From IMG/VR virus record IMGVR_UViG_3300023503_000001, positions 1-54,472 of that record: a stretch of 54,472 bases of DNA. One strand, 5' to 3'. The position numbers and the translations under genes are program-made. Under the pieces are notes generated by a model that saw only the letters and a program-made list of their open reading frames with translations, searched no databases and was not told where the DNA came from. Below, piece after piece: positions 44,017 through 54,378 of the stretch (position 1 is its first letter; the number at the start of each line of letters is the position of its first letter). Source of the stretch: a virus (taxonomy: Duplodnaviria; Caudoviricetes).

Positions 44017-44347
44017 TCACAAGTTGTTTCTCTCGAATCTTTAATAAAAAATGAGATGATGTAAATTCAAGTTCATTTAGTATGTTAAAAATAAATAATT
44101 GACAATCGACAAGCTCTTCAACCAAAGCATCTATATTTACATCTTTAGGCTGTTTCCAAGGTCTCCAATTTGTTTCATTTAAAACTTCATTTGCTTCACA
44201 AACTAATGCAATTGCATTATTTGCTAAACGTTTATCTTTTGTTTGGCCCATTGATAGTCTAAGAATAGATTGAATTTCTTGTTGTAAGGCCATCGCTGTC
44301 GCTAATTGATCAGAAGGTAAAGTATGTAATTTTTGGATAACGTCCAC
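43994..44347 (-). CDS. All-alpha NTP pyrophosphatase (dimeric dUTPase / MazG-like)
   Basis: E..E, WRPWK, EELVD. Confidence 0.85.
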   Translation of the reverse strand: MDVIQKLHTLPSDQLATAMALQQEIQSILRLSMGQTKDKRLANNAIALVCEANEVLNETNWRPWKQPKDVNIDALVEELVDCQLFIFNILNELEFTSSHFLLKIREKQLVNVERYGK

Positions 44348-45956
44348 TAAAGTCTACCTCTAATTGTTTAGGTTGTTTCAATTCGCAAATGCGAGAGAGA
44401 GCTTCCTCTACAGAGGAGGGCACAGCTGAATCAGACCGCTGTTTCCACCAAAAAGATGAAATTGAATAAATAGAACTTTTAGGATCAAACGTTAAAAATT
44501 GAGTTATAGTTTTTAAATCTTCACATGAATAAGTGACCTTTAATAGGTCATTTCCTTTTTTTGACATGTAAGAAGTATAATATACATTTTTAACAGTTAA
44601 AAGTTTTCTTTTTGACTCTTCTTTAGAAATTACAGGTGCTTCAGATGCTGTTTTCAACAGCTTAGGCAAAGGCTTCCATTCAAAACCGCAATCAGGACAT
44701 ATTTTAACCTGTAAAGGTACAACTTCATCACACTCAGGACAAACTTTTGTTAATTGACGCCCTTTTCCCTTTTTATCTTTTTGGATTTGATCAAGCTCTA
44801 ATTTATCAATAGGCCCTAACCGTTTTAAATTCCCTGCGAAGTCTAAAACTAGACAATCAGGCTTCTCTGACTCTGCTATTGCTTTTAACCTATGCTTTTT
44901 ATTGTGTATGTCAAAATTATCTACCGCGTTTTTATTATAGATGACCCTTGAGCCTCTACCTATCATTTGCACATGTAAAACTGGTGACTTTGTTGGCCGC
45001 ATTAATACAACCATATCTATTCCTGGATAGTCAAACCCAGTGGTATATTTTTCAACGTTAACTAATGCTTGATATTCTCCCTGTTTAAATTTTTCAATTA
45101 TTCGTTTATTTAAGGAAGAAGGTAATTTAGAGTGAGCAAACGCAGTTTTTACACCAAATCGTTCTAAAATATCAGCTATTTTTTCAGCATGGTTAATACT
45201 GATTGCGAATATTAACCAATGCTTTCTTGTATCTTTATATCTAATTAAATCTTTACAGATTTGTTCTGTAATATCTGTGGAGGTACAATTTTGTTCCAAA
45301 GATTTAACAGAATAATCACCTGCAACTACTTTGACATGGCTCAAGTCCATTTGTATTTTTGCTTGCTTTGTTGAGAAGGAACAAAGAAAACCTTCCTGAA
45401 TAAGTCTTTTAATACTTATTTCAAAGATTATTTTATGAAAAATCTCATTTGGTCCGACAATAGATCCTTTACCTAACCGAAAAGGAGTAGCTGTTAAACC
45501 TAACACAAAGGTAGGATTAATTTCGCTAAGTAATTTACGATATTGACTTGTCTCTTTATCTGGTATTTTATGTGCTTCATCAATTATCACTAATTGATAA
45601 TCTTTAAAAAGACTTCCTGAATTATAAACAGACTGAATTGATGCTACAGTTATATCTTCGACCTCACGCTGAGAAAGCGACGCTGAATTTATACCTATTT
45701 TCAGATGAGGTATATATGCCCGTAACTTTTCGGCATTCTGCTGAATTATATCAACGGTGTGAGATAAAATTAAAACTTTTACATTAGGATATAACTCTTT
45801 AACTTTGGAACAAATTAAAGCAATTATATGACTTTTGCCAGCGCCTGTTGGCGCTACAATTAAAGGATTCTTTCCTTTATTATTTGAATCCTTTATAAAG
45901 TAATAAAAATTTTTCCAAGCTTGTTCTTGGTAATAAAAAGGCTTAAACATCGTCAT
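44310..45956 (-). CDS. SF2 DEAH helicase (RadD/YejH-like) with zinc ribbon
   Basis: PTGAGKS, DEAH, TATP, QMIGRGSR, CPEC..CPDC. Confidence 0.95.
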   Translation of the reverse strand: MTMFKPFYYQEQAWKNFYYFIKDSNNKGKNPLIVAPTGAGKSHIIALICSKVKELYPNVKVLILSHTVDIIQQNAEKLRAYIPHLKIGINSASLSQREVEDITVASIQSVYNSGSLFKDYQLVIIDEAHKIPDKETSQYRKLLSEINPTFVLGLTATPFRLGKGSIVGPNEIFHKIIFEISIKRLIQEGFLCSFSTKQAKIQMDLSHVKVVAGDYSVKSLEQNCTSTDITEQICKDLIRYKDTRKHWLIFAISINHAEKIADILERFGVKTAFAHSKLPSSLNKRIIEKFKQGEYQALVNVEKYTTGFDYPGIDMVVLMRPTKSPVLHVQMIGRGSRVIYNKNAVDNFDIHNKKHRLKAIAESEKPDCLVLDFAGNLKRLGPIDKLELDQIQKDKKGKGRQLTKVCPECDEVVPLQVKICPDCGFEWKPLPKLLKTASEAPVISKEESKRKLLTVKNVYYTSYMSKKGNDLLKVTYSCEDLKTITQFLTFDPKSSIYSISSFWWKQRSDSAVPSSVEEALSRICELKQPKQLEVDFSGRYPKITYFTF

Positions 45957-46774
45957 GCTTTAATGCTATCATATTTATCACACGCAGCTTCTTGATCTGC
46001 TAAAGATAATTCATGTTTATTTACTTTGGGATTAGTACAAATCCATTTGCCTTCATCACAAGGCTCAGAAGAACTACATGTTCTACATGTTTTTTCATAA
46101 TTTTCATGCAAATGGCAAACATTAAACAGGTCACACCATGTGCATCTAAAGTAGGTAGGATCTTCAGACAAACGTTTCATTGGAACAGGTGATAAAATTA
46201 TATCATCTGCTTTAGTTAATAAAATTTCTGCGGTTTGTTCGTCTTTCTTGACCAACTCAAAATGGAGTTCATCCGTATTTTTATTTAAGAATATATGCAA
46301 ACAATTTTTTAATTTATATCTAGATTTTTGCATATAGGTCATAATTTGACCATAATATTCTTCACTGTATTCTTTTAGTGATTTTTTTGCTCGCTGCTTC
46401 CAATACTTTTCTTGTGCTGTTTTATATTCTATTAAAGCTACTTCATTTTCATCTAATCCTGGGATATTAGTCCCTAAATTATCTATATGCCCTTTTGAAT
46501 GTCCCCAAGAATGACTAAATTCTTCTTTATCGTCTAAAATATTTATTCCTAAATGTTTTAAATAAGCACGAAGTCTTTCTTCTTCACTATGTCCTCTGCT
46601 AAACGTAGCTTCTTTTTTGGGGGTCATTGTAACCTTAGAAGCCCATCTAAAATAAAACCAAAGATAAGCTTTACAAGGATGACCTATTTGGCTTAGACCT
46701 AAATAAGGTCTAGGTAAAACTTTCCATGAAATGGATTTTAATTTTTTATTTAAAACATTATTTATGATATTCAT
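45953..46774 (-). CDS. Cas4-like PD-(D/E)XK exonuclease
   Basis: LG.SQIG.PC, GH.D, EYKT, Q..TYM, C.WC...C. Confidence 0.88.
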   Translation of the reverse strand: MNIINNVLNKKLKSISWKVLPRPYLGLSQIGHPCKAYLWFYFRWASKVTMTPKKEATFSRGHSEEERLRAYLKHLGINILDDKEEFSHSWGHSKGHIDNLGTNIPGLDENEVALIEYKTAQEKYWKQRAKKSLKEYSEEYYGQIMTYMQKSRYKLKNCLHIFLNKNTDELHFELVKKDEQTAEILLTKADDIILSPVPMKRLSEDPTYFRCTWCDLFNVCHLHENYEKTCRTCSSSEPCDEGKWICTNPKVNKHELSLADQEAACDKYDSIKA

Positions 46775-47025
46775 TTGACTTTATGTTGGAAAGGTAAAGC
46801 GAAAGGATAACCATAGTGTAGCCAAGCTACATTGACGTCTAATTCAGAAGCTATTCTAAATAGAACAGCTTCTTCAGCTATACTCTCACATTCAATTCTA
46901 GAGAGTGTTGGTTGTGATATAAATACTTTCGAGGCAAGAGCCTTTTGAGTATATCGTCGTTTCCGTCGAATATACCTGACTCTTGCCCCGACAGTATTTA
47001 GTTTAATTAAAAGTTCTTTATTCAA
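46771..47025 (-). CDS. XRE-family HTH regulator
   Basis: TQKALA....ISQPTLSRIE...WL..G. Confidence 0.88.
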   Translation of the reverse strand: MNKELLIKLNTVGARVRYIRRKRRYTQKALASKVFISQPTLSRIECESIAEEAVLFRIASELDVNVAWLHYGYPFALPFQHKVK

Positions 47026-47480
47026 AAGAGTCCGCTATCAGACTCCCCGTCAGAACCTCCATGAAGTTCATTGACGGGCAAGAACTTTTTAACTACATTT
47101 GAATCCTCGTATCCATCCTTACCTTTTTGGATACCTACAACAATACCAAAAGGCTCACCATGAAGCTGCGCTGTGTCTGTTAACTCATCAATTCCCAAAA
47201 TTGTACAGAGTCGTTTCAATTGGCCTTTACCAATTCTTACGGCCATTTCACTTGGATTAACGATATTAAAGTTATGCCAAAGCTTCTTGCCATTAAATTT
47301 ACCATCACCTCCATCATCCAATACTTCCATAGTGATTTTGATGTACTCACCAGTACCGGCGGAGGTCGGTTTTACGTCACTCTCTTTTACAACAACAATA
47401 CATTTAGAACCAGTGGGGATCAGTTCAAAACCAGCGTCTTCTTCATTCTCGGGCACAAAAGTATTATTCAGCAGAACCAT
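47022..47480 (-). CDS. Single-stranded DNA-binding protein (DUF669-like)
   Basis: F.LIP.G, acidic tail ending in F; next to Sak4. Confidence 0.8.
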   Translation of the reverse strand: MVLLNNTFVPENEEDAGFELIPTGSKCIVVVKESDVKPTSAGTGEYIKITMEVLDDGGDGKFNGKKLWHNFNIVNPSEMAVRIGKGQLKRLCTILGIDELTDTAQLHGEPFGIVVGIQKGKDGYEDSNVVKKFLPVNELHGGSDGESDSGLF

Positions 47481-48165
47481 TATCGGTTTCTCCTTTCAGA
47501 TTAGCTTGGATTTTATCAAAGATAGCAGATAGATTTGGACGTTCTTTTGCAGATAGAATCCCAGATCGATCTTTAGCTTCATATTGAATATCGGGGAAAG
47601 TTTGAAGGTAACGATATTCTTTACCTTCATGTTTTCCGATACGCATTGCAAAGACCATATCAACAAGATATGGCATATTTGCAGGAAGAACTTTACCTGG
47701 AAAAGCAGGACCAAACATCTGTTTTCCAGTTAGTTCGTCTTCTATTCGAGTTTGTTTTGCAATAAATACTACATGCATAGGTAAACTTTTAAATTTTCTT
47801 ACGACAGCAACTAGATTTTCTGCCATATCACCATATGCACGGCGGGGATCACGTTCTTCTTTTTTTCTAGCAGCAAGAACAACTTCTGCTACTTCTGATA
47901 ATGAATCAAAATAAACTGTTTGGTAGTCATGGTCTCCTTTCGCTAATTCTTCATAAACTTTAGCGAGGTCATTAATTGAGCGTATTTCAACATAATCTAT
48001 GTTGAAATTTGCCAGTGAGAGCAAACCATCTTCCGCAGCGAGGACCAACGGTTTTGGTGCTGTACTAGCTAAAAAGGTCTTACCTACACCAGACTGTCCA
48101 TATATAACACAATTAATATATGGATTATTTAAGTAAGAACTTGTTTTTTTGATTGGTAATGCCAC
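47464..48165 (-). CDS. Sak4-like AAA_24 ssDNA annealing ATPase
   Basis: YGQSGVGKT, DSLSE, AKDRSG. Confidence 0.88.
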   Translation of the reverse strand: MALPIKKTSSYLNNPYINCVIYGQSGVGKTFLASTAPKPLVLAAEDGLLSLANFNIDYVEIRSINDLAKVYEELAKGDHDYQTVYFDSLSEVAEVVLAARKKEERDPRRAYGDMAENLVAVVRKFKSLPMHVVFIAKQTRIEDELTGKQMFGPAFPGKVLPANMPYLVDMVFAMRIGKHEGKEYRYLQTFPDIQYEAKDRSGILSAKERPNLSAIFDKIQANLKGETDNGSAE

Positions 48166-48215
48166 AGGCACCTCCAGTTTCCCACCTCCCACCCGCCAAA
48201 AGGCTCAATTAAAAT

Positions 48216-48794
48216 TTACTGCCCGAGTTCTTGCTTAGCCCACTCCTTAGCCATGGGCATATAGGTATAGAAAGCGCCGCAGGTACTCGGAGCATAACCG
48301 AGTTCTTCACTCATTTTAGCCACAAATTCTTGCTTCTTCAGATCAGCATTGGCACGCATGAAGCGTACGACTTCCTCCATGGGAAGTTTAGCCGAAACGC
48401 CCACACCTTCGCCGATAAGACCAAGTTTTTTGGCTTGAGTCGAATAAGTAGATGCGGCGGATTTCTTGGTGTAGCCAAATTTATCAACCATGGCCTCAAT
48501 AATTTCAGCACGAGACTTTCCTGCATCTGCTTCTTGTTTAATGAATTCTCGTACCTCCTCGGACTTATGGCCTTTATGTGCAGTCAGACCTGCCTCCGAC
48601 TTCAGCTTACGGAAACGGGCAACCGCGCTCGAAAGCGTCAGATCATGCTCTTCATGGAGTTTCATGATGATGTCGTCATCTTCCATCCCTTCCTCTTTCC
48701 ATTGCAGAAAGAGTGGCAGCAGAGCATCTTGCTTCTTTGCTTCAGTAGCAACTTCATTAGTTTCAGTAACTTCTTGATTCATGTCTTCAGACAT
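48216..48794 (-). CDS. Three-repeat helical protein (EWAKQE family)
   Basis: Ends FYTYMPMAKEWAKQE like 8193 and 10339; AGGAG RBS; own promoter. Confidence 0.88.
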   Translation of the reverse strand: MSEDMNQEVTETNEVATEAKKQDALLPLFLQWKEEGMEDDDIIMKLHEEHDLTLSSAVARFRKLKSEAGLTAHKGHKSEEVREFIKQEADAGKSRAEIIEAMVDKFGYTKKSAASTYSTQAKKLGLIGEGVGVSAKLPMEEVVRFMRANADLKKQEFVAKMSEELGYAPSTCGAFYTYMPMAKEWAKQELGQ

Positions 48795-48859
48795 TTTTAT
48801 CTCCTAACGTTAAGTGAAATAAACCTACAGTTAATTTTATTTTTTTAACTGTAAGAATA

Positions 48860-48925
48860 ATTATAACAAGAAAAAGAAAAAAGTACAATCAAACTTTTTT
48901 ATACTACCTATAAAATTATTTTATA
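48860..48925 (-). promoter_or_regulatory. Conserved phage promoter, copy 9
   Basis: TTGTAC-17-TATAAT plus TATAAAATAATTTTATA box. Confidence 0.85.
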
Positions 48926-48934
48926 TGGTAAAAA

Positions 48935-51661
48935 TTAAAGACGACCTTGTGCTGTCAATCTTACAACATTTTTTAAAGGTCTGTTTGAAATTCTAATATC
49001 AACTTGCTTGAGTTTGACGAATTCAATAAAACCAAGATCAGACAGAGCAGCACATATAGCCATACCTTCTTTTGTTTGAACCGCGGTATCTTTAGACAAA
49101 TATCGCAGAACACCGGATAAAGGCATAAAATGTTCTTTTGCAAAAAGATTTAAATAAGCCTGCTCGAAAGGTGTATTACGTATAACTTTTTGCCACCTTG
49201 ATGGTTTAGCATCTGCTGCCTTAATTGCATCTAACATCGCTTGATGTTTTTCATCTAAGCCTTTATCTCTAGCGATAAGTGTCCAAATTCTATTTGCTCT
49301 TACTTCATATTGATAGTCTCCTAAGCTAATTGCAAGATCAATTAAATCTGGGGTAGTTACAGGTTGTGTTGCAAAAGGATCTTTTCCTGTTTGATGACAT
49401 TCCCATAGATGTTGCATAAAAGTTAAGACAGTAAGATAACGCTCACTGCTCATTGCAACGCGATCGATAAATGTTCTAAATTCAATATCTTCGGAATAGA
49501 ATTCTAATCTTTTTTCTTTATCCCAATCAACATGCTTTTGTCGATTTGGGCCATTTTTATTTGGATCTACCCAATTTTCATCGTAATGAATCGGAACGTT
49601 TCGTGATATTTCATCAAAAGGGCCTTTTGATGTACTCGTTACATGTGCACTACAAACTGTTAAAACATATTTAATAAAGTCTAATGTTTCAAGTGAAAAA
49701 TTATAATCTCTAGTTACTTCTGCATCCAAAAAAGACACAATTTCATTACTTTCTGGTTTATCTGGAATGTAGTAATCAAATCGACCAATTACACCTTTAT
49801 ATAAAAGGCGAGGATTCATATAACGTTTAATTGACGCAGGTTGAGTTGCAAATAATAAATTATAACTTTCAAATAATGGCGCATCTAAATTTTCTTTTTC
49901 TTTTCCTGCCTTTGTCACAGGTGGGATAGGAATACCATCTTGTATGTTAATTACTACTTCAGCTAGATTTGATACTGAAGTATTTTCATCACTCATTTTT
50001 GCTATAATTGAAGTACATTCTGTGTTACGCCAAATAGCCCCATATTTATGATGATTACTAGTCGCCCATTTATGAAAAGCACTTAAGCTCGTTATTTCAG
50101 CATTACCAGAAATTAATGAATACACAATTTCTAACGATCTAATATCAGCTGATGCTAGATAGCCTCCTTGAAGTAAGTGATGTGCTAAAGCCCTTATAGG
50201 ACCTGAAATATTCAGGTCTTTACCTCCAGCTGATCTAGCTAACATTAAATGACAACCATTAGGTTTTCTTGTTTTTAATACTGGCATTACTGGTATATTT
50301 TGGCTTAGTAATGCAAATAATGAAATTATTGTTGCAAAATTAAATGACCTAATTGGGTTAGGTGACATTGACGTAAAATCTTCCATTAACAATGTTAATG
50401 GTTCACAACCTTTAGTTAAGGTTGGAAAATCTACAATCCAATCAGCGTCATGAATTGTTACATCATTATTTATTCTAATATTAGTGCTTTCAACTTTTGT
50501 TGCGAGAGCTAATTCATCAATTTTATGAGATACAGCTGCTTTAGCACTTCGTTTTATGTCGTTAAATCTTTTTTGCCACCTATTATCTCTATTAGATTCT
50601 GGTACCCTACACATTAAACTTTGTACAATATCTGTGACATACTTCGTATCTTGTACAAAATTTGCAAAATGCATACATAAAGCATGTAAATTTTGATGAT
50701 AATTTTCTGATGTAATTACTTCTTCCATTGCTTTGACTGGATCAAAGATGGAAATTAAATCTGATTCAACTTCCTCATTTAAAGAATGATCTTCTGTTAA
50801 ATTTTCACCAAAAGCATTTAATATTTCTTCCCAATCGTAGCGTTTTACCTTATCACAAAGGTCAGGTGTAAACGCATAAATTTCTTTCCCTCCTGCTTCC
50901 AATGAATATTTTATGAAATCTTCTGAAGGAACTGCTTCTATTGAAGTAAAATCTTCTCCTGTAAGGTGAACTATTCTTGTTGCAAATCGTGCTTTTTTCT
51001 TATGCCAAAATCCTGGAACCCTTAAAGCTCTGTTTCGGCCATTTGCACCAGGATCTGACCCATAAATTTTTGTCATAACTTGAACTTGGATTTTTTCCCA
51101 AGTTTCAAGATCTTCAGAATATGTTAGCCAATAATAATGATATTTTAACCTTGACGTTTCAACTACAAACGAATAAGGTAAAGGAAATTCTGACGGGGCT
51201 CTTGGTCCTTTACTCTGCTTTTCATCATCTTCTATCCAAATGGCCCTCGCAGCTATTACATTATCTTTTGTGCGCCGTGACCCCTCTATTTCATTAATCG
51301 CAACATAAATTCCGCAAGCTTTTGCATTTAAGAAAAATAAATGACTTTTATGCTCAAAAATAGAGCCGTAAAAGGAGCGCGCGCAGTAATCATTATGCAC
51401 CCATTCCTCATCTATTTTATCTCCTTGATCATCATTTGTTTGCCAATGAAACTTAACAGATGATTCTTCGACAAAAAATGACTCTGGCTTAGTCCCTGCT
51501 AAGGTATGAGTGGCGACAGCACTACTTATTTCTTCTGCGTATTCTTGAGATAATAATCCCAAAAATAATTCTATATGTTCTAGATAAGGCTGTGTTTTAG
51601 TATATAATTGACGCTTATTAAAAAGCTCTTTTGCTTGTTTAAAATCATTTTCTATAGTCAT
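48935..51661 (-). CDS. RepB'-type (AEP) primase fused to a C-terminal P-loop-like region
   Basis: RAIWIEDD, VVETS..KYHYYW, R.LRVPGF.H.K; degenerate ARSAGGKD. Confidence 0.8.
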   Translation of the reverse strand: MTIENDFKQAKELFNKRQLYTKTQPYLEHIELFLGLLSQEYAEEISSAVATHTLAGTKPESFFVEESSVKFHWQTNDDQGDKIDEEWVHNDYCARSFYGSIFEHKSHLFFLNAKACGIYVAINEIEGSRRTKDNVIAARAIWIEDDEKQSKGPRAPSEFPLPYSFVVETSRLKYHYYWLTYSEDLETWEKIQVQVMTKIYGSDPGANGRNRALRVPGFWHKKKARFATRIVHLTGEDFTSIEAVPSEDFIKYSLEAGGKEIYAFTPDLCDKVKRYDWEEILNAFGENLTEDHSLNEEVESDLISIFDPVKAMEEVITSENYHQNLHALCMHFANFVQDTKYVTDIVQSLMCRVPESNRDNRWQKRFNDIKRSAKAAVSHKIDELALATKVESTNIRINNDVTIHDADWIVDFPTLTKGCEPLTLLMEDFTSMSPNPIRSFNFATIISLFALLSQNIPVMPVLKTRKPNGCHLMLARSAGGKDLNISGPIRALAHHLLQGGYLASADIRSLEIVYSLISGNAEITSLSAFHKWATSNHHKYGAIWRNTECTSIIAKMSDENTSVSNLAEVVINIQDGIPIPPVTKAGKEKENLDAPLFESYNLLFATQPASIKRYMNPRLLYKGVIGRFDYYIPDKPESNEIVSFLDAEVTRDYNFSLETLDFIKYVLTVCSAHVTSTSKGPFDEISRNVPIHYDENWVDPNKNGPNRQKHVDWDKEKRLEFYSEDIEFRTFIDRVAMSSERYLTVLTFMQHLWECHQTGKDPFATQPVTTPDLIDLAISLGDYQYEVRANRIWTLIARDKGLDEKHQAMLDAIKAADAKPSRWQKVIRNTPFEQAYLNLFAKEHFMPLSGVLRYLSKDTAVQTKEGMAICAALSDLGFIEFVKLKQVDIRISNRPLKNVVRLTAQGRL

Positions 51662-51815
51662 TTATCTTCTACATTAAATTTTATACAATCTTTTTTTATT
51701 TTTTCAATTAATTCTGTAAAAAATGACCGATTCACAATTATTATACTAGAAGTTTTTCCTTCTAATAATTGTTTTATTAATTGAATAGAAGATAATTGCT
51801 TGTTTGTTTTCATGG

Positions 51816-52088
51816 TTAATGTTGCTGATCTTTAACATAAGGAATATTTATTAATGGGTCAGGATCAGAAAAAGCTGAAATTATTTGATTAAATTTATCA
51901 TCTAAGACTAGATTTAAATTCCAATTATCATCTGCTGCAATGGTTCCTGGAAAAGGCATTGAAATAATGCTTTCGCCTAAAAACCTAACGCCGTATTCAT
52001 GAACAGCATATAATCGCGATTTAAAATTTTCGTCTACAGGAATAAATACTGTTTTTGATTTTGGGCAGAAAAATGCAGCTGATTCCAT
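51816..52088 (-). CDS. Hypothetical protein
   Basis: GGAG RBS, coupled. Confidence 0.7.
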   Translation of the reverse strand: MESAAFFCPKSKTVFIPVDENFKSRLYAVHEYGVRFLGESIISMPFPGTIAADDNWNLNLVLDDKFNQIISAFSDPDPLINIPYVKDQQH

Positions 52089-52405
52089 TAATTTACTCCA
52101 ATTAACTTTAATAAGTTATAAATACCGCGTCCTTTAATAGGAGTGTGTCTAACTTTATATAACCCTGTAGAAGGCCAAAAATCAATAATAACTATTGATT
52201 CAGTTTCCTTAAATATATTCGTGTAATAATTATAAATTAATCCATTTGAATTATCACACGATAATACTAAATGGAAACCATTATTATGACTTGAAAATGA
52301 TATACCCTTTTCAACCAAAAGGTTTGTAGAAAATTCTTTATTCTTACGTCGCTTATATTTAGATGCTTCTTTCATGGCTTTAAAATCTTTAACTTTATGC
52401 TCCAT
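52088..52405 (-). CDS. Conserved phage hypothetical protein
   Basis: N.G.HL, DFWPSTG, GRG..NL. Confidence 0.75.
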   Translation of the reverse strand: MEHKVKDFKAMKEASKYKRRKNKEFSTNLLVEKGISFSSHNNGFHLVLSCDNSNGLIYNYYTNIFKETESIVIIDFWPSTGLYKVRHTPIKGRGIYNLLKLIGVN

Positions 52406-52820
52406 ATCGCTGCCTCATTTTTCTAGCTTTCTCACGACAACTACCACTGCAATAAAGTTTATTTGCTACATCTTTTAAAAAAGTATTATTACAATTAATA
52501 TAAGCACATTCAACTACTTCTGGCACAAAGTTAGAATCAATATTCATGCCGGGAGATGCTTTTGCTAACAACGCCGCTGCTCTTCTTAAATTTTCAAAGG
52601 TTCGAAATTTTTCAAGGCGTAAATCATTTAATTCACGTTCATATTCTTTTAAGATGTTTAAAAGTTCATCTAATGTACTTTCTTCTTCTACTTCTAATAC
52701 TGATTCAACATAATCTTTGAATGTATCAGATTTAACCCAATCAGCTAGTTGGTCTAAAGCTGTGACTTCTTCTACCATAGATAGAATTAAAAATTTAACT
52801 TGTTCTAAAGTTATTTTCAT
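52395..52820 (-). CDS. Coiled-coil protein with C-terminal zinc finger
   Basis: C....C...F.......YCS..CR. Confidence 0.7.
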   Translation of the reverse strand: MKITLEQVKFLILSMVEEVTALDQLADWVKSDTFKDYVESVLEVEEESTLDELLNILKEYERELNDLRLEKFRTFENLRRAAALLAKASPGMNIDSNFVPEVVECAYINCNNTFLKDVANKLYCSGSCREKARKMRQRYGA

Positions 52821-53251
52821 AGCGGAAAATTGTCTCCATAGCTTGAATCGACAATTAGCCATAGATATTCCATGGCATTATAAACTTGAGTCATTGACTC
52901 AATGCCGAAGGGATAGTCTAGTGGATCATAAATAATGGGTTTATTTTGGCGATAATCTATTACAATACTATGATATTGATTTTCAATAGATTTAACTATT
53001 ACAAAATAAACTCCTAAAACATCAAAATCCTGAAGTCTTTGTGGAAAAACTCCTCGCTCTGTAAGCATTAGCAATGCATTTTGTATTGTCTCAGGCCTAC
53101 GACAACTAAAAGTTTCGTCATTAAAAATTGTTTTTAATGATGCTTCAATGCAACCATTTGGTTGCGCTGAATATCTTTTCAGCTTAAGTGGTAGTACTAT
53201 TCGAGTAGATGTTTGAGATCCAAAGTCTAGAAATAGTTGATTTGAGTTCAA
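52817..53251 (-). CDS. Papain-fold / peptidase C39-like protein
   Basis: Q.NGC..ASL, H.IVID, IYDP. Confidence 0.6.
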   Translation of the reverse strand: MNSNQLFLDFGSQTSTRIVLPLKLKRYSAQPNGCIEASLKTIFNDETFSCRRPETIQNALLMLTERGVFPQRLQDFDVLGVYFVIVKSIENQYHSIVIDYRQNKPIIYDPLDYPFGIESMTQVYNAMEYLWLIVDSSYGDNFPL

Positions 53252-53374
53252 TTCCTTTCACCTTTTTATTTTTTATGAATTTAGTGGGTACGTATTTAGG
53301 CTCTTTACCGTATAATTCTTTATATTTTTGCCTATAATCGTCGCCAAGTAAATAACTATCATATTCAAACATTT

Positions 53375-53440
53375 ATTTTAACCTAATAATATTCTTTTGT
53401 AAAATCAATCTTTTTTATGCCTACATAAGCAATTTTTATT
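53375..53440 (-). promoter_or_regulatory. Conserved phage promoter, copy 10
   Basis: TTTTAC-18-TAAAAT plus degenerate upstream box. Confidence 0.6.
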
Positions 53441-53728
53441 AACTTTAATAGTCAACAATGTATTATAAATTAAGCAACTAGATGGTTTACAATCACCTCC
53501 TTTTTTACATTTTGATTTAAGATTAAATTTACACTCTAAATATAACGGCGTAACCACTCTATTTTTGTCCTTTTGGAGCCTTTCTATATTGACGCATAAA
53601 ACGATAATGATTTCTTCTTTTTGTATAATTTTTTATACCAAAAGAATTTTTGAATCTTGGCCACCTATATTTTTTTTGGTGTAAGCCACCTAGGAAGAGG
53701 TCCAAATGTTTCGTCTAACCAGTCCATA

Positions 53729-54055
53729 TTAGTTATTCATTAAGGCTTTTTCAAGTTCAGTTAAATCTTGATTTGATAATCCTTCATTTTCCTTATTATC
53801 TTCTAAAATATTTGCTACTAAAGTAGCATATCCTGCTATATCGTTCCAATGATCGATATGGTTAGGATCCCCTGCTATTATTCTTGCCATTTTATGGCAA
53901 ATCATTTCCAATGATTCTTTTTGAGCAGCTGTTAATATTGTCTCTATTTCATCCTGGCAAAAAAGGCAATTTTTCAATTTTTGTGAAATTCTAGAATGAA
54001 TCTCAAAATCACCATGTTGACATTTTCTTTCTTTTAAAAGATTCTCTAAAGACAT
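53729..54055 (-). CDS. DUF6378-like protein
   Basis: L.ER...HGDF, HKMARI..GDP...DHW.DIAGYA.L. Confidence 0.85.
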   Translation of the reverse strand: MSLENLLKERKCQHGDFEIHSRISQKLKNCLFCQDEIETILTAAQKESLEMICHKMARIIAGDPNHIDHWNDIAGYATLVANILEDNKENEGLSNQDLTELEKALMNN

Positions 54056-54378
54056 TACCTTCTCCTAATATCTCTAAGATATTTATAAAATGTATCCGAA
54101 CTTTCTAAAGAATGAATAATAAAATTATGAATGATATCTGCGTGACGTTCAATTACCTCCCTATAATAATTAATCTGGTTTACGGTTAAACCATTATTTA
54201 AAGCTACATCTATATCATAATTAGAAATACAAATATAATCAATGAAATTTTCTTCATTGAAGATATTTGGTGGCTCGAAGGTATAATCCGCTGTAACTAT
54301 AACTTCGTGTAAAGCAAATCCAACTACAGATGAAATAAATTGAACATAAACTTTTTTATCAGAACATGCCTTAAACAT
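54055..54378 (-). CDS. Hypothetical protein
   Basis: 107-aa ORF with GGAG RBS; start lies inside the terminal repeat. Confidence 0.7.
   Translation of the reverse strand: MFKACSDKKVYVQFISSVVGFALHEVIVTADYTFEPPNIFNEENFIDYICISNYDIDVALNNGLTVNQINYYREVIERHADIIHNFIIHSLESSDTFYKYLRDIRRR

Noticed and set aside
45953-46774. CRISPR-Cas locus (Cas4)
   Set aside because: Stand-alone Cas4-like nuclease in the usual Sak4-SSB-helicase recombination module; no array or other cas genes
46771-47025. Lysogeny repressor
   Set aside because: Short XRE gene inside the replication operon, with no divergent cro, peptidase domain or integrase
48231-48848. Plus-strand 205-aa ORF and similar antisense ORFs (e.g. 10318-10728, 15491-15907, 47173-47532)
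   Set aside because: Shadows of well-supported genes on the opposite strand; no RBS or motifs
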